Shown in pieces: positions 43,767-53,541 of a stretch of DNA of 64,000 bases (position 1 is the stretch's first letter; every line of letters starts with the position of its first letter). The DNA comes from Puniceicoccaceae bacterium (GTDB taxonomy: Bacteria > Verrucomicrobiota > Verrucomicrobiia > Opitutales > Coraliomargaritaceae), in NCBI GenBank assembly GCA_022448605.1, contig JAKVCM010000007.1, positions 74,253 through 138,252 of the forward strand, read 5' to 3'. The notes below the pieces were generated by a model that had not been told where the DNA came from, ran no database searches, and worked only from the letters and a program-made list of their open reading frames with translations. The position numbers were made by a program, and so were the translations under genes.

Positions 43767-43809
43767 TAATTAGTTGGCATGCGAGCTCTTTTTCGTAGCA
43801 CGTTACGCT

Positions 43810-44703
43810 TTAAGCGTTGAGTGGCTCGATACGGGTAAGCTCATTGAGTTGCGCCTCAAAGTCGATGGGTTTGGTTTTGAGTTTGGAGACGATGGGGTTC
43901 AGGTTAAAGGTCAGCCTAGCGGGCCTGGAGTCTTCGTCCCGGCAGGCAGACTCGATAGTGTCGAGCGGCAGGCCGAAGTGCTTCAAGATACGTTGTCCCA
44001 TTTCGAAGCGGCTGAGAGTTTCGCTACCGGCCCAATGAAAGAGGCCATGGAGGTCGCGGCGTTCGGTCAGTTCAAGAAGAACTTCGGCCACATTGGAAGC
44101 GGAGCAGGGTTGGCGAATTTCATCGCAGAATAGTTTGGGCTTTTTGCCAGCTTGGATCGCGGCGATCAGTTTCTCGTGTAAGCTACGTTGGCCGCCAGGA
44201 CTGTTGCCCATGAGAATAGGGATGCGGAGGACAACTGGATCTTCGGGGTTGTGCTCGAGCACCTCGCGCTCAGCCATGAGTTTGGTTTGTCCGTAGAGAT
44301 TAGTTGGCGCGGGCATGTCGGTCGAGCGATAGGGCTGCTCAGATTGGCCGTCGAAAACCATATCTGTGGAGACGTGGAGTAAGCGCGCGCCGAGGTGTGT
44401 TGAAAGTTGTGCGAGTAGGCGGGGCAGGGCGACGTTGACCTTTTCGGCGCACATCGCGTCTGCTTCGACTGAGGTGGCGTTTGAAATAGCAGCACAATTG
44501 ACGATGGCGTCTGGCCAGAGTTCAATCGCGATCTTGGTAAGCTCTTCAGGCTCTGATGCGTCAAGCTGGATCGTCCTCGCCAGACCGTCGGCAATTGGCC
44601 GGTTTTGGTTATAAAGCGCGGTGACGGTGTGGCCACGGCGGACGGCGGCCTGCGCATATGCATGGCCGAGGAGTCCGGAGGAACCAGTGAGTAAAATCTT
44701 CAT
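43810..44703 (-). CDS. RmlD-like extended SDR oxidoreductase
   Basis: TGSSGLLG, VNCAA, HVSTDMVFDG, YGQTK. Confidence 0.82.
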   Translation of the reverse strand: MKILLTGSSGLLGHAYAQAAVRRGHTVTALYNQNRPIADGLARTIQLDASEPEELTKIAIELWPDAIVNCAAISNATSVEADAMCAEKVNVALPRLLAQLSTHLGARLLHVSTDMVFDGQSEQPYRSTDMPAPTNLYGQTKLMAEREVLEHNPEDPVVLRIPILMGNSPGGQRSLHEKLIAAIQAGKKPKLFCDEIRQPCSASNVAEVLLELTERRDLHGLFHWAGSETLSRFEMGQRILKHFGLPLDTIESACRDEDSRPARLTFNLNPIVSKLKTKPIDFEAQLNELTRIEPLNA

Positions 44704-44766
44704 AATTACTTAAGCTTTGTTTTGTTGCAATCGAGTTTAGGGGAGGCAAGTTCAAAGAGTCTTATA

Positions 44767-45876
44767 ATGAATTACGCTAAACTCGCGAATGCTGGTGTGC
44801 ATGAACAGCCGGTCTATGAGCCCGGAAAACCTATTGAGTATGTTGCTCTGGAGTTTGGACTAGATCCTACCCAGATTGCTAAACTCGCCTCGAATGAAAA
44901 TCCGTTTGGAGCGTCGCCGAAGGCGATCGCGGCAGCGCAGGCTTCGTTAAAGAGTGCGCATCTATATCCAGATGGTGCTTGTAGTCAACTTCGGGCAGCG
45001 ATCGCTGAAGTTCGAGGCGTGGACAAGGACACCATTATCGTAGGTAACGGCTCAAACGAGATCATCGAACTACTGGGGCACGCTTTTCTGCGCCCTGGAC
45101 TAGAAGTGGTCATGGGTGAGCAGGCCTTTATTGTTTATAAATTGGTCGCTAAGCTTTTTGGTGCGACTCCGGTCGAGGTGCCTATGCTAGATTTTGGTCA
45201 TGACCTCAAAGCGATGCGTACGGCCGTCACGGATCATACGCGACTGTTGTTTGTGGCCAGTCCGAACAATCCGACCGGGGTGGCGAATACGGAAGCTGAC
45301 CTAGTCGAACTGGCAGAGTCGTTGCCAGAGCATGTGATTCTTTGCTTGGATGAAGCTTATGCTGAGTATCTTGAAAGCGCCCCAGATCTACGTGGACAAA
45401 TAACAGCTGGACGAAAGGTTGTATGCCTGCGAACTTTTTCCAAGATCTATGGATTGGGCGGCTTGAGGATCGGTTATGGATACGGCGACCCTAGACTGAT
45501 CCAGTTGCTACAACGTGTGCGTCAACCTTTTAATGTGAGTTTGGTGGCTCAAGCGGCTGCGACAGCGGCGCTGAGTGATCACAAATTTGTCGATATGTGC
45601 CGCATAGCCAATGAATCAGGACGGAAGCAGCTTGTTGAGGGCATGCAAGCACTAGGCTACACGACGATTGGTGGCCAAGCGAACTTTGTGCTTTCCAAGG
45701 TTGGCGATAGCGGGGTGTTTTTTAAAGCGCTGCAGCAAAGGGGTATCATTGTGCGACCTTTAACAGCTTACGGTATGACAGAATTTGTCCGAATTACCAT
45801 CGGGACGGTAGCCGAGAACGAGCGCCTGCTCGAAGCGACCCGTGAGATCACGCAAAGTTCACAAGCTTCTGTTTGA
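44767..45876 (+). CDS. hisC: Histidinol-phosphate aminotransferase
   Basis: YEPGKP, KLASNENP, GNGSNE, PNNPTG, DEAY, RTFSKIYGLGGLRIGY. Confidence 0.93.
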   Translation: MNYAKLANAGVHEQPVYEPGKPIEYVALEFGLDPTQIAKLASNENPFGASPKAIAAAQASLKSAHLYPDGACSQLRAAIAEVRGVDKDTIIVGNGSNEIIELLGHAFLRPGLEVVMGEQAFIVYKLVAKLFGATPVEVPMLDFGHDLKAMRTAVTDHTRLLFVASPNNPTGVANTEADLVELAESLPEHVILCLDEAYAEYLESAPDLRGQITAGRKVVCLRTFSKIYGLGGLRIGYGYGDPRLIQLLQRVRQPFNVSLVAQAAATAALSDHKFVDMCRIANESGRKQLVEGMQALGYTTIGGQANFVLSKVGDSGVFFKALQQRGIIVRPLTAYGMTEFVRITIGTVAENERLLEATREITQSSQASV

Positions 45877-45878
45877 TT

Positions 45879-47168
45879 ATGAGTGACGCTTGGATTAGTT
45901 TTTTAATTTCATTTGTGGCGGTCGGGCTGATGCTCGTACTGCACGCCTTTTTGGTAATGTGCGAGATTAGCCTTGTGAAGTTTCGCTATCGAAAGCCCAG
46001 CGAGGAGCAACTGGATGAGTTGAAGAAGCTTCTAGGCGTGGCGCGCTTGATTGATAATAGTGATCAGACGGGGCGAGTTGTACGTTTTAGTAAGACACTT
46101 TGCACGGTGGCGGTGGGACTTCTACTAATGCCGCTGGTCACTGATTTTTTTAGCCTTTTTGACCTAGCTGCTGCGCCAGATAGGTGGATTGTGGTCCTAG
46201 TTTCGTTTGCCTTGGCGGTTTCCGTTCATTTTTTCTTTGCTGAGATTTTCCCTCGTGGTCTGGCAATGCGTGACCCGTCCAAGGCGATTCGCCGCTCTTA
46301 TCGTGTTCTGCTGACCTTTCAGTTTTTGACATTTCCGATCATGTTATTTTTCCGCATGCTGAAGAAGTTCCTCTATCGCCGTATCGGTGTAGATGTCGAT
46401 GATGAACTGAATCCTCTAGATATTGATGTGCAAATACGAGCAATGGGTGAAGATAGCAGCCTTCTTTCGGGTGTGATTCGGAAGATTGTGAATCGTACAT
46501 TGCAAATGCAGGAGCTAGTGGTGCAGGATATTTTGCTGCCGCGTAGTCAAGTGGTCGTTTGCGATCTAGAACTAGATAATAAAGAAAACCTGGAAGCTAT
46601 GAAGTCGGCTGGGCATACTCGCTATCCGCTCTGCCGTGGTGATCTCGATGACTGCCTCGGATTGATCCATATTAAGGATATTTTCCGTTGGCGTGAGCCA
46701 GTTTCAGAAATTGATTTCATGAAGCTTAAGCGTAATGTTGCGGTCTTTCCTCTTGAGACCCCCCTTGAGGAGGCTCTTGAACGGATGCTGCGTGCGAAGT
46801 TTCATATGGCACTTGCTATCGATGAGTTTGGCGGAAACGTCGGCGTGATCACTTTGGAGACTATACTTGAGGAGCTTGTGGGCGAAATTCAGGACGAATT
46901 CGACAGCGAAGATGAGCAGATCGTAATGCTTGGCGATGGACGACGTTTTCGGATCTCAGGGCTGGCGCCCATCCACGACATCGAGCAGGAGCTAGAGATC
47001 GAAATCGACAATGAGGAGGTCTCTACTTTTGGAGGTCTGATCACGGGCGAACTTGGCCACATTCCGGAACCGGGCGAGCGACTCAACTGCTATGGCCTCA
47101 ATATCATTGTTGACGATGTCGACGGGCGTCGAGTGATTGCTGCAACAGTTGAGTTAGCTCAATCCTAG
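45879..47168 (+). CDS. HlyC/CorC (CNNM-CBS-CorC) family transporter
   Basis: TM domain with EISL and EIFPR, CBS pair (HTRYP, DEFGG..G.ITLE.ILEELVGEIQDEFD), CorC tail. Confidence 0.9.
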   Translation: MSDAWISFLISFVAVGLMLVLHAFLVMCEISLVKFRYRKPSEEQLDELKKLLGVARLIDNSDQTGRVVRFSKTLCTVAVGLLLMPLVTDFFSLFDLAAAPDRWIVVLVSFALAVSVHFFFAEIFPRGLAMRDPSKAIRRSYRVLLTFQFLTFPIMLFFRMLKKFLYRRIGVDVDDELNPLDIDVQIRAMGEDSSLLSGVIRKIVNRTLQMQELVVQDILLPRSQVVVCDLELDNKENLEAMKSAGHTRYPLCRGDLDDCLGLIHIKDIFRWREPVSEIDFMKLKRNVAVFPLETPLEEALERMLRAKFHMALAIDEFGGNVGVITLETILEELVGEIQDEFDSEDEQIVMLGDGRRFRISGLAPIHDIEQELEIEIDNEEVSTFGGLITGELGHIPEPGERLNCYGLNIIVDDVDGRRVIAATVELAQS

Positions 47169-47219
47169 CACGCAAGACCTTATTGCCTAGGCTCAGAACT
47201 GCAAGCCAGGAGGAGTAGT

Positions 47220-48863
47220 CTACGATCTTTCGCGAAGGATCGCATTCAGCTGAAGTAACAGGCTCTGGCGATCCGGCGTGAAAATGAAGCGATCACTACC
47301 CAGCTTATTATAGGCTTCTGTTAAGAGTTCTATCTGAGGACGGCGCATTTGAAGATAGCGTGAGAGTAAACGACTTAAGTTTTCTGTATTGCCGAGGGCA
47401 AGCTCTGAGCGAATTAGTTCTGATAGAATCTTTTGATTGGTTGGAGCCTTTTGATAGGCGATTGTCAGTATTGTACGTGCTTGCTGGACGCGATCAATAT
47501 CAGTGAAGCGACGAGATACTGCGATGTAAGTCTGCGCTTGGTTGCTTGCATCGTCGATAAAGTCTTGGAGGTAAATTTCGCCTAAGTCTGGGCGATTGAT
47601 ACCATAGGAAGCAACGGCGCGCAGACTGCTAAAAATTGCCCAACGTTGGGTAAGCCAGTCAGGGCGTTCTTTAAGGAGTTCTTCGGAGAAGTCGAGGGCG
47701 CCTTGATAGTCTTTATCGACCAAATGGGCTTCGATTAGCAAGAGCGCGAACACGTCGATGGCGAACTCGTTCTCTAGCGCTTCCTCGTAAGTGCGGCGAG
47801 CAAGTTCTATGTTACCGGTGTCTGCTGCAAAGTTAGCGATGGACTGTAGCGCTGGTTCATCATTACGGAACTGTTGAAGCATCCGTTGTGTTTCGAGTTG
47901 CTCGCGTTCAAAGTCCTCAGATTTGTTGTAAATATAGAGTAGTTCGAGGCGCGGCGCGGCGCTGAGGGGGTCACTCACGTTACGCAGAATCGCGTAGCGA
48001 CGTGCCTCTTCGATTTCGCCTAACTCTCGGTGATAACGACTTAGTTGCATGAGAAGGGGCTCCGAATTTGGAAACTTTTCAATTGAATATTCCATCTTAG
48101 TGATTGCGGCTATCTTGCTACCTCGATCCCAGCTAATTTGAGCTGAAAGGAGAACACCTTCAAGAGATTCCAGCAGCTTATAATCGATTATATAGTCCTC
48201 TGCTAAATCGTAATTGCCCCGAAGGTAATTCGCGTTGGCAGCGCCAAATGCTAGCGTACGATTAATATCTGTCAGCTCTGGTTCTTCAGGTAAATATTTA
48301 TTCGCAAGATTTTGGATATCCTTATCCATTTGGTAGCGGAGCAAAACGCGTAGAGTAGCTTTGAGGTATTCACCATCCTGAATGCCCCCAAGCTCTATAC
48401 CCTGGAGGAGTTGATCCACAGCAATATCATGGCGTTTCAGGGCGATCTCGTAAAATTCGGCAAGTACACGACGGCCTTCTAAGTTTGCTGGCGATCTGGA
48501 GACGCCTATGCGGATGAGTCGCAGGGCGTCTCTGTAATTACCTTCTTTAATCTCTGATAGCCCGCGCTCAATGTGGTAGTTGCCCATCTCCACACGGTGA
48601 GTTTCTAGACCAAATGGCAGCAAGGTCAGCATCTTAGTGTAGGAGACCTGATCGAATTCTTTATTGTATTTGAAGTGAAAATAAAGAGCACCTGCTAGGG
48701 TAAACCATCCCAGTACAGCTAGTAAAACAAAGGTCCCGATTAAGCGCCCCCATCGGACAGAGATTTCTACTCTTCCATCGATGCCTTTACGCTGAATGAC
48801 GAATCCTAGCAGGATAGGCCTTTCGCGAGTCATTGGATTGCGGGTAGTTGCTTGCCTGCTCAT
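47220..48863 (-). CDS. Membrane-anchored TPR-like protein
   Basis: One TM near the N-terminus, then all-helical TPR-like repeats. Divergent from the export locus. Confidence 0.65.
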   Translation of the reverse strand: MSRQATTRNPMTRERPILLGFVIQRKGIDGRVEISVRWGRLIGTFVLLAVLGWFTLAGALYFHFKYNKEFDQVSYTKMLTLLPFGLETHRVEMGNYHIERGLSEIKEGNYRDALRLIRIGVSRSPANLEGRRVLAEFYEIALKRHDIAVDQLLQGIELGGIQDGEYLKATLRVLLRYQMDKDIQNLANKYLPEEPELTDINRTLAFGAANANYLRGNYDLAEDYIIDYKLLESLEGVLLSAQISWDRGSKIAAITKMEYSIEKFPNSEPLLMQLSRYHRELGEIEEARRYAILRNVSDPLSAAPRLELLYIYNKSEDFEREQLETQRMLQQFRNDEPALQSIANFAADTGNIELARRTYEEALENEFAIDVFALLLIEAHLVDKDYQGALDFSEELLKERPDWLTQRWAIFSSLRAVASYGINRPDLGEIYLQDFIDDASNQAQTYIAVSRRFTDIDRVQQARTILTIAYQKAPTNQKILSELIRSELALGNTENLSRLLSRYLQMRRPQIELLTEAYNKLGSDRFIFTPDRQSLLLQLNAILRERS

Positions 48864-49043
48864 TGTTGATTTACTTTATTAGAGAATTTAATATTACTCT
48901 GCTTAAAAGGTGACTATAGCCAAGCCCAAATAAAATAGACTTTCTTATTGCAGTTAATATTAGATCTTGTTGCGTTAAATACAGAAGCTATTGTGCACCT
49001 ACTGTATATTTTACAAACTTATTTATAAGCGCCTTTTCGGTTC

Positions 49044-50261
49044 ATGAAAAACAAATTTCCCTTTCCCATATCCTTTCTAACAGTAAGTCTGTTTTACTGG
49101 ATCAGTGCTCCGAGCTCCGTAGCTGCTCCGTTCGTTTCAATTGGTAACAACACAGATATCTATTTCAATGGTTCCTCGAGCCTTCGTTGGGCTTCAAACA
49201 CTTTTCGTAACGAGGAGGATGAAGATCCGGATTTATCATGGACAATCTCCCCCGGTCTCGAAATCAACATTGGTCGTGGTATTACAAATGCGGATTTCAC
49301 TGTAATCACTCGATATGATATTGTTAGGTATGATGAGTATGATCGGTTGGATACAGAACTTTTCCACATCGAGGCATTGGGCACATACGAATCAAGTCGC
49401 CTCAATCTAATTGGTTCTGCCTCTTTCGATGAGATCAAGATTAATGATGGCACAAATAACGTTACAAATGACCTAGTTGAGCTTGACACAACATCTGGCG
49501 AGTTAGATGCGGAATATCGAGTTTCTCCAAAGTTTAGCTTTAGCGCTGGAGTTCGTTACGATGAGACAGAATATCAGACTTTCAAAAACCTCTTTTCTGA
49601 TCGTGCAACTACTGCTTACCCATTGAGTGTTTACTACGATCTGACTCCCAAGCTTGATTTGATTCTAGGTTACACCTACTCCGTTACAGATGTTGAAGGT
49701 GGTAACTCGTTCGGGGCTGGTTTAGATCCGGTAGTAAGTTATGAGCAGGATACTGACTTTTTCAATATCGGCTTGAGGGGCAACATAAGCACTAAATTGA
49801 CTGGTTTTTTTAAAATTGGTTACCGCACGGTAAGTGCGGGCGGCAAGACCATCAATGAGTCCAATGAAAGTATCGACCGAAGTGATAGAGATATGCTTGG
49901 CCTAAATGCTAGTTTGACTTGGATGGCTACCAGCAAGTTATTGTATCAACTTACTCTCTCTCGCGATTACAACACTGGTGGTCTTGGCGAAGCTACTGAA
50001 GTTAACAGGGCAAATCTTGTTGGCAACTACTCGTTTAATACTCACTGGTCAGCCATGGCTAATCTAGGATACACAGATACTGACTCTTATTACTTAAGCC
50101 GTGAAAATGAGCAATTCACGGGTGGCTTGCGTGTTATGTATGTTTTAAACACATATTGGCGCTTCACCGCTGGTTTCACCTATGCCGAAAATGATTCGAA
50201 TCGGGTCAATAGTAGCTACGAGAGTGAGACCCTAGATTTGACCGCGACCCTACGCTATTAA
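49044..50261 (+). CDS. Outer membrane beta-barrel protein associated with polysaccharide export
   Basis: Signal peptide, alternating aromatic beta-strands, C-terminal LTATLRY. Directly upstream of OPX and Wzc. Confidence 0.78.
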   Translation: MKNKFPFPISFLTVSLFYWISAPSSVAAPFVSIGNNTDIYFNGSSSLRWASNTFRNEEDEDPDLSWTISPGLEINIGRGITNADFTVITRYDIVRYDEYDRLDTELFHIEALGTYESSRLNLIGSASFDEIKINDGTNNVTNDLVELDTTSGELDAEYRVSPKFSFSAGVRYDETEYQTFKNLFSDRATTAYPLSVYYDLTPKLDLILGYTYSVTDVEGGNSFGAGLDPVVSYEQDTDFFNIGLRGNISTKLTGFFKIGYRTVSAGGKTINESNESIDRSDRDMLGLNASLTWMATSKLLYQLTLSRDYNTGGLGEATEVNRANLVGNYSFNTHWSAMANLGYTDTDSYYLSRENEQFTGGLRVMYVLNTYWRFTAGFTYAENDSNRVNSSYESETLDLTATLRY

Positions 50262-50292
50262 TATTCTGCAACTTTCCTCCTCATTACAGGTC

Positions 50293-50320
50293 AAAATGCC
50301 TCATGACTGAGGCATTTTTT
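50293..50320 (+). terminator. Terminator-like hairpin between the beta-barrel and OPX genes
   Basis: AAAATGCCTCA-tgac-TGAGGCATTTT(TT), a perfect 11-bp stem. Confidence 0.65.
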
Positions 50321-50325
50321 ACATC

Positions 50326-50988
50326 ATGAAGCAGCTTTCCTTATTCACCGCACTTTCTTTTTTCTTTTCGTCCCCACTTTTGCAGGCCCAGGAATCGGGT
50401 GGTGAGAGTGGGAGTGGCGGAGGCTCTTTGAACTCTAGCTCTGCTTCCTCCAGCGGTGGAGGAGGCGTTGGAATTGTCGTCGGAGAGAATTATGTTTTAA
50501 AACCATCGGATGTCATTACAGTTGAAGTCTTTCAAGAGCCCGATCTTAATAAGAGTGTCCGAATACAAGGAGATGGATCGGTCGCGCTCGCACTCATTGG
50601 TAAGGTAAAAGTAGCTGGGATGACTGCAGGCGAAGCGCAAGCTTTGATCACAGACCTTTATAACCGAGATTATTTGGTCGATCCTCAAATTTCCCTTCTT
50701 GTCGTAGAGTTTTCGCCGAAAGTAATTCACATACTGGGCTCAGTAAACAACCCAGGGGTCGTTCCTATTCCACCAGATAGAGATTTGACCTTGATTGAAG
50801 CCTTGGCGAGTGTGCGTGGCGTGAGTCGATTGGGAAATCCAAAGTCAATTACTATAAAACGAGTTGAAGAAGACGGTCGAGCCCGTCAAATGGAAGTCAA
50901 TTTTAGCCGGATCATTCAAGATCCCAACTCTAAAGATATCATCCTCAAGGAAGGCGACACCATTTGGGTGCCTGAGCGTATAATTTAA
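50326..50988 (+). CDS. wza: Short OPX (Wza-like) polysaccharide export protein
   Basis: Poly_export motif YVLKPSDVITVEVFQEPDL...DGSVALALIG, one SLBB domain (GSVNNPG), LKEGDTIWVP. Confidence 0.88.
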   Translation: MKQLSLFTALSFFFSSPLLQAQESGGESGSGGGSLNSSSASSSGGGGVGIVVGENYVLKPSDVITVEVFQEPDLNKSVRIQGDGSVALALIGKVKVAGMTAGEAQALITDLYNRDYLVDPQISLLVVEFSPKVIHILGSVNNPGVVPIPPDRDLTLIEALASVRGVSRLGNPKSITIKRVEEDGRARQMEVNFSRIIQDPNSKDIILKEGDTIWVPERII

Positions 50989-51002
50989 CTCTTTTCCAGC
51001 AT

Positions 51003-53324
51003 ATGAAGAATGATTACATCAGAGGCGCTCCAGATCCTAATTTAGGTGGATATGGCGGATCGAGTTATGGCTATGGTGGCGGAGGTGGCTATGGCGGCAG
51101 TAATTATGTTTATGGTGGCAGTAATTATGGCTATGGTGGCGGCTATGGAGATGGTGGCAGTGGAATTGGTCCTCAACGTTCTTTTAAGGATTATTTATTA
51201 ATGTTTCGTGAGCGCATCTGGTATTTGATCGTCACACTTTTTATTATATTTTCTGGGTCTATTTTGTATACTTTCAACAAGACCAAAGTCTACACTGCGG
51301 TTTCGCAGGTGCAGCTTTTTCGCGATGATGCATCCGCGCTCGGCGCCATGGGGCAGGGTACGGAAATGGAGCAAAACCAAATCCTTAGCGCGGAAGATTT
51401 AAATACGCAGATTAGCGTAATGGAGAGCCTATCCATTATCAAAGGTGTGGAACAACGCTTGCAGGACGAATTGCGTCTGCGCTTTATGGCTCCTTACGAG
51501 GGTGCACTCAGCTTGAGTGGGCCTCTGACGCCGCTCGAGATTTTGGCAAAGAATCGTAAGATAATTCCACGGCGCATGAGTCTCATGGTCAACTTCGCTT
51601 TTTCTCACCCTGATCCCATTGTGGCTGCCGAGGTGTCTAATCTATTTGCGAAAGAGTTCATCGACTACAATCTAAAGTTGAACATTGATGGCTCCATGAA
51701 AGCGGTTGAAGATCTGCGTATTCGGGCGGACCAGCAGAAAGACCGGGTTGAAGAGCTTGAGTTAAAATTGGCGGAATATCGTGAGCAAAATAATGCGGTT
51801 TCACTCCAAAGTGATGAGAACATCGCAGCCGCTCAACTTGCGCGCCTTAACGAGATAGAGCTTACCAACAAGAATATCTATGATAATTTTCAGACCAAAT
51901 GGGATCAAGTTGAAACGTATCGTCTAGAAGGGAGAGAGCTATGGGAGCTTCCATTCGTAGCCGAACAACCACGAGTTGCTAATTTATTGCAGCAAGTATC
52001 TGGCACGCGTATTAGTATCTCCTCCACAAGTAAGCGCTATCGGGAGAAGCACCCAGCTATGATTCAGCTTTTACAGACCCTTCAAGAGGGTGAATTAGAA
52101 CTTGAACTAGCGGTGCAAAATTCAGTCGATAAAATTTACGCTGGATATTCAGAATCTAAGAGTAATTTTGATGTGGCTAGTCTGAGACTAGCTGAGAAGG
52201 AGAAAGAGCTCATAGAATTGGGTAAAACTAGGATTGAGTTTAATTCACTTCTTCGGGACTTAGAAGTCCAACAAAGTTTTTTCCAAGCACTTAACCAGCG
52301 CATGACTACGGAAAAGGCTCAGGTAAACCTTAAAAACCCTAATGCACGTATTGTGGACGAAGCTTTTCCTCCGCGGATAGACCAGCCTTCCTCCCCTAAT
52401 ATCGTTTTGAATTTGGCGACAGGCTTCTTTGGTGGCATCGCTCTTGGGGTGGGACTTATCTTTGCAGTCGCTTTTCTCGATGACCGGGTTAAAAGCGCCT
52501 TTGATATTGAGGGCACGATTGGCTTGCCGATGTTGGGAGTGATCCCTCGTATCAAGAAACTGGATACTAACACAAAGGCGCAGGCGGTGGCTTCGAATGT
52601 GGATCGTCATGTGACTGAAACTTTTCGTTCGATTCACTCGGCGCTCAAACTGAGCGATCAGAGTAAGAATGCTAAAATTATTCTTACGACAAGCACGGTT
52701 CCTGGTGAGGGTAAGTCGTTTGTGAGCTCTAATCTTTCACTCACATTCGCAAACCACGGGGAGAAGACGCTGCTTCTCGATTGTGATTTACGTCTACCCA
52801 ATGTGGCGCGTTCGCTTCAGATTGAAAATGAACTTGGTCTGCTCGATCATGTTGAAAAGGAGGTCAGCTTGGATGAAGTCATTACCAAAGAAGTTTATCC
52901 TAATTTGGATGTCTTGTCCACAGGGGGAAAGTCCAAGAGTCCGACGCAGGTTCTGAACAGTGCAAAGTTTGAAGCAATGTTCGCCGTGTTGCGCGATCGT
53001 TACGACCGGATTGTGGTCGACTCGCCACCACTAGCGGCGGTTAGTGATGCCCTCAACTTGTTGCCATTGGTAGATGGTATTTTGTATGTGATCAAGTTTA
53101 ACACTGTTAAACGGAAGACTGCCGTGGTAAATGTCCGTCGACTTTGGGAGTCCAATACACCCGTATACGGTGCGATTCTCAACAATATAACAAGCACGCT
53201 ATCTAGTTACTACTACTCGAACTACACAGACAAAGCGTATCAAGATTACTATATTAATCAGGAAGAAGAGCTTGAAGAGGAGTTGGTTGGAGATATTGAG
53301 ACTGAGTTAAAAAGTAAGTCATAA
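51003..53324 (+). CDS. wzc: Polysaccharide co-polymerase / BY-kinase (Wzc/GumC)
   Basis: Two TMs, periplasmic coiled coil, Walker A PGEGKS, A' DCDLR, B VDSPP, C-terminal Tyr cluster. Confidence 0.93.
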   Translation: MKNDYIRGAPDPNLGGYGGSSYGYGGGGGYGGSNYVYGGSNYGYGGGYGDGGSGIGPQRSFKDYLLMFRERIWYLIVTLFIIFSGSILYTFNKTKVYTAVSQVQLFRDDASALGAMGQGTEMEQNQILSAEDLNTQISVMESLSIIKGVEQRLQDELRLRFMAPYEGALSLSGPLTPLEILAKNRKIIPRRMSLMVNFAFSHPDPIVAAEVSNLFAKEFIDYNLKLNIDGSMKAVEDLRIRADQQKDRVEELELKLAEYREQNNAVSLQSDENIAAAQLARLNEIELTNKNIYDNFQTKWDQVETYRLEGRELWELPFVAEQPRVANLLQQVSGTRISISSTSKRYREKHPAMIQLLQTLQEGELELELAVQNSVDKIYAGYSESKSNFDVASLRLAEKEKELIELGKTRIEFNSLLRDLEVQQSFFQALNQRMTTEKAQVNLKNPNARIVDEAFPPRIDQPSSPNIVLNLATGFFGGIALGVGLIFAVAFLDDRVKSAFDIEGTIGLPMLGVIPRIKKLDTNTKAQAVASNVDRHVTETFRSIHSALKLSDQSKNAKIILTTSTVPGEGKSFVSSNLSLTFANHGEKTLLLDCDLRLPNVARSLQIENELGLLDHVEKEVSLDEVITKEVYPNLDVLSTGGKSKSPTQVLNSAKFEAMFAVLRDRYDRIVVDSPPLAAVSDALNLLPLVDGILYVIKFNTVKRKTAVVNVRRLWESNTPVYGAILNNITSTLSSYYYSNYTDKAYQDYYINQEEELEEELVGDIETELKSKS
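51096..51137 (+). repeat. 21-nt tandem duplication in the Gly-Tyr N-terminus of Wzc
   Basis: ggcagtaattatgtttatggt / ggcagtaattatggctatggt (19/21 identical). Confidence 0.8.
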
Positions 53325-53541
53325 TCTAATTGTGAATAGCAAAATTTAGGATCATAACCCCGAAGCAGTTAGGGTATTTTTATCTTAGAAAGACTATCAG
53401 GGGCTGATACCTGTAGAAGAAATTGACTGTTAGCCTGCCGTGAAATTACAAGCCCTACCAATATTGCGGGATTTACCAATTTATTAGTTTAAATCCGATT
53501 GCCTGACCTTTTCATATGGTCTACTACTATGAAATTAAGGT

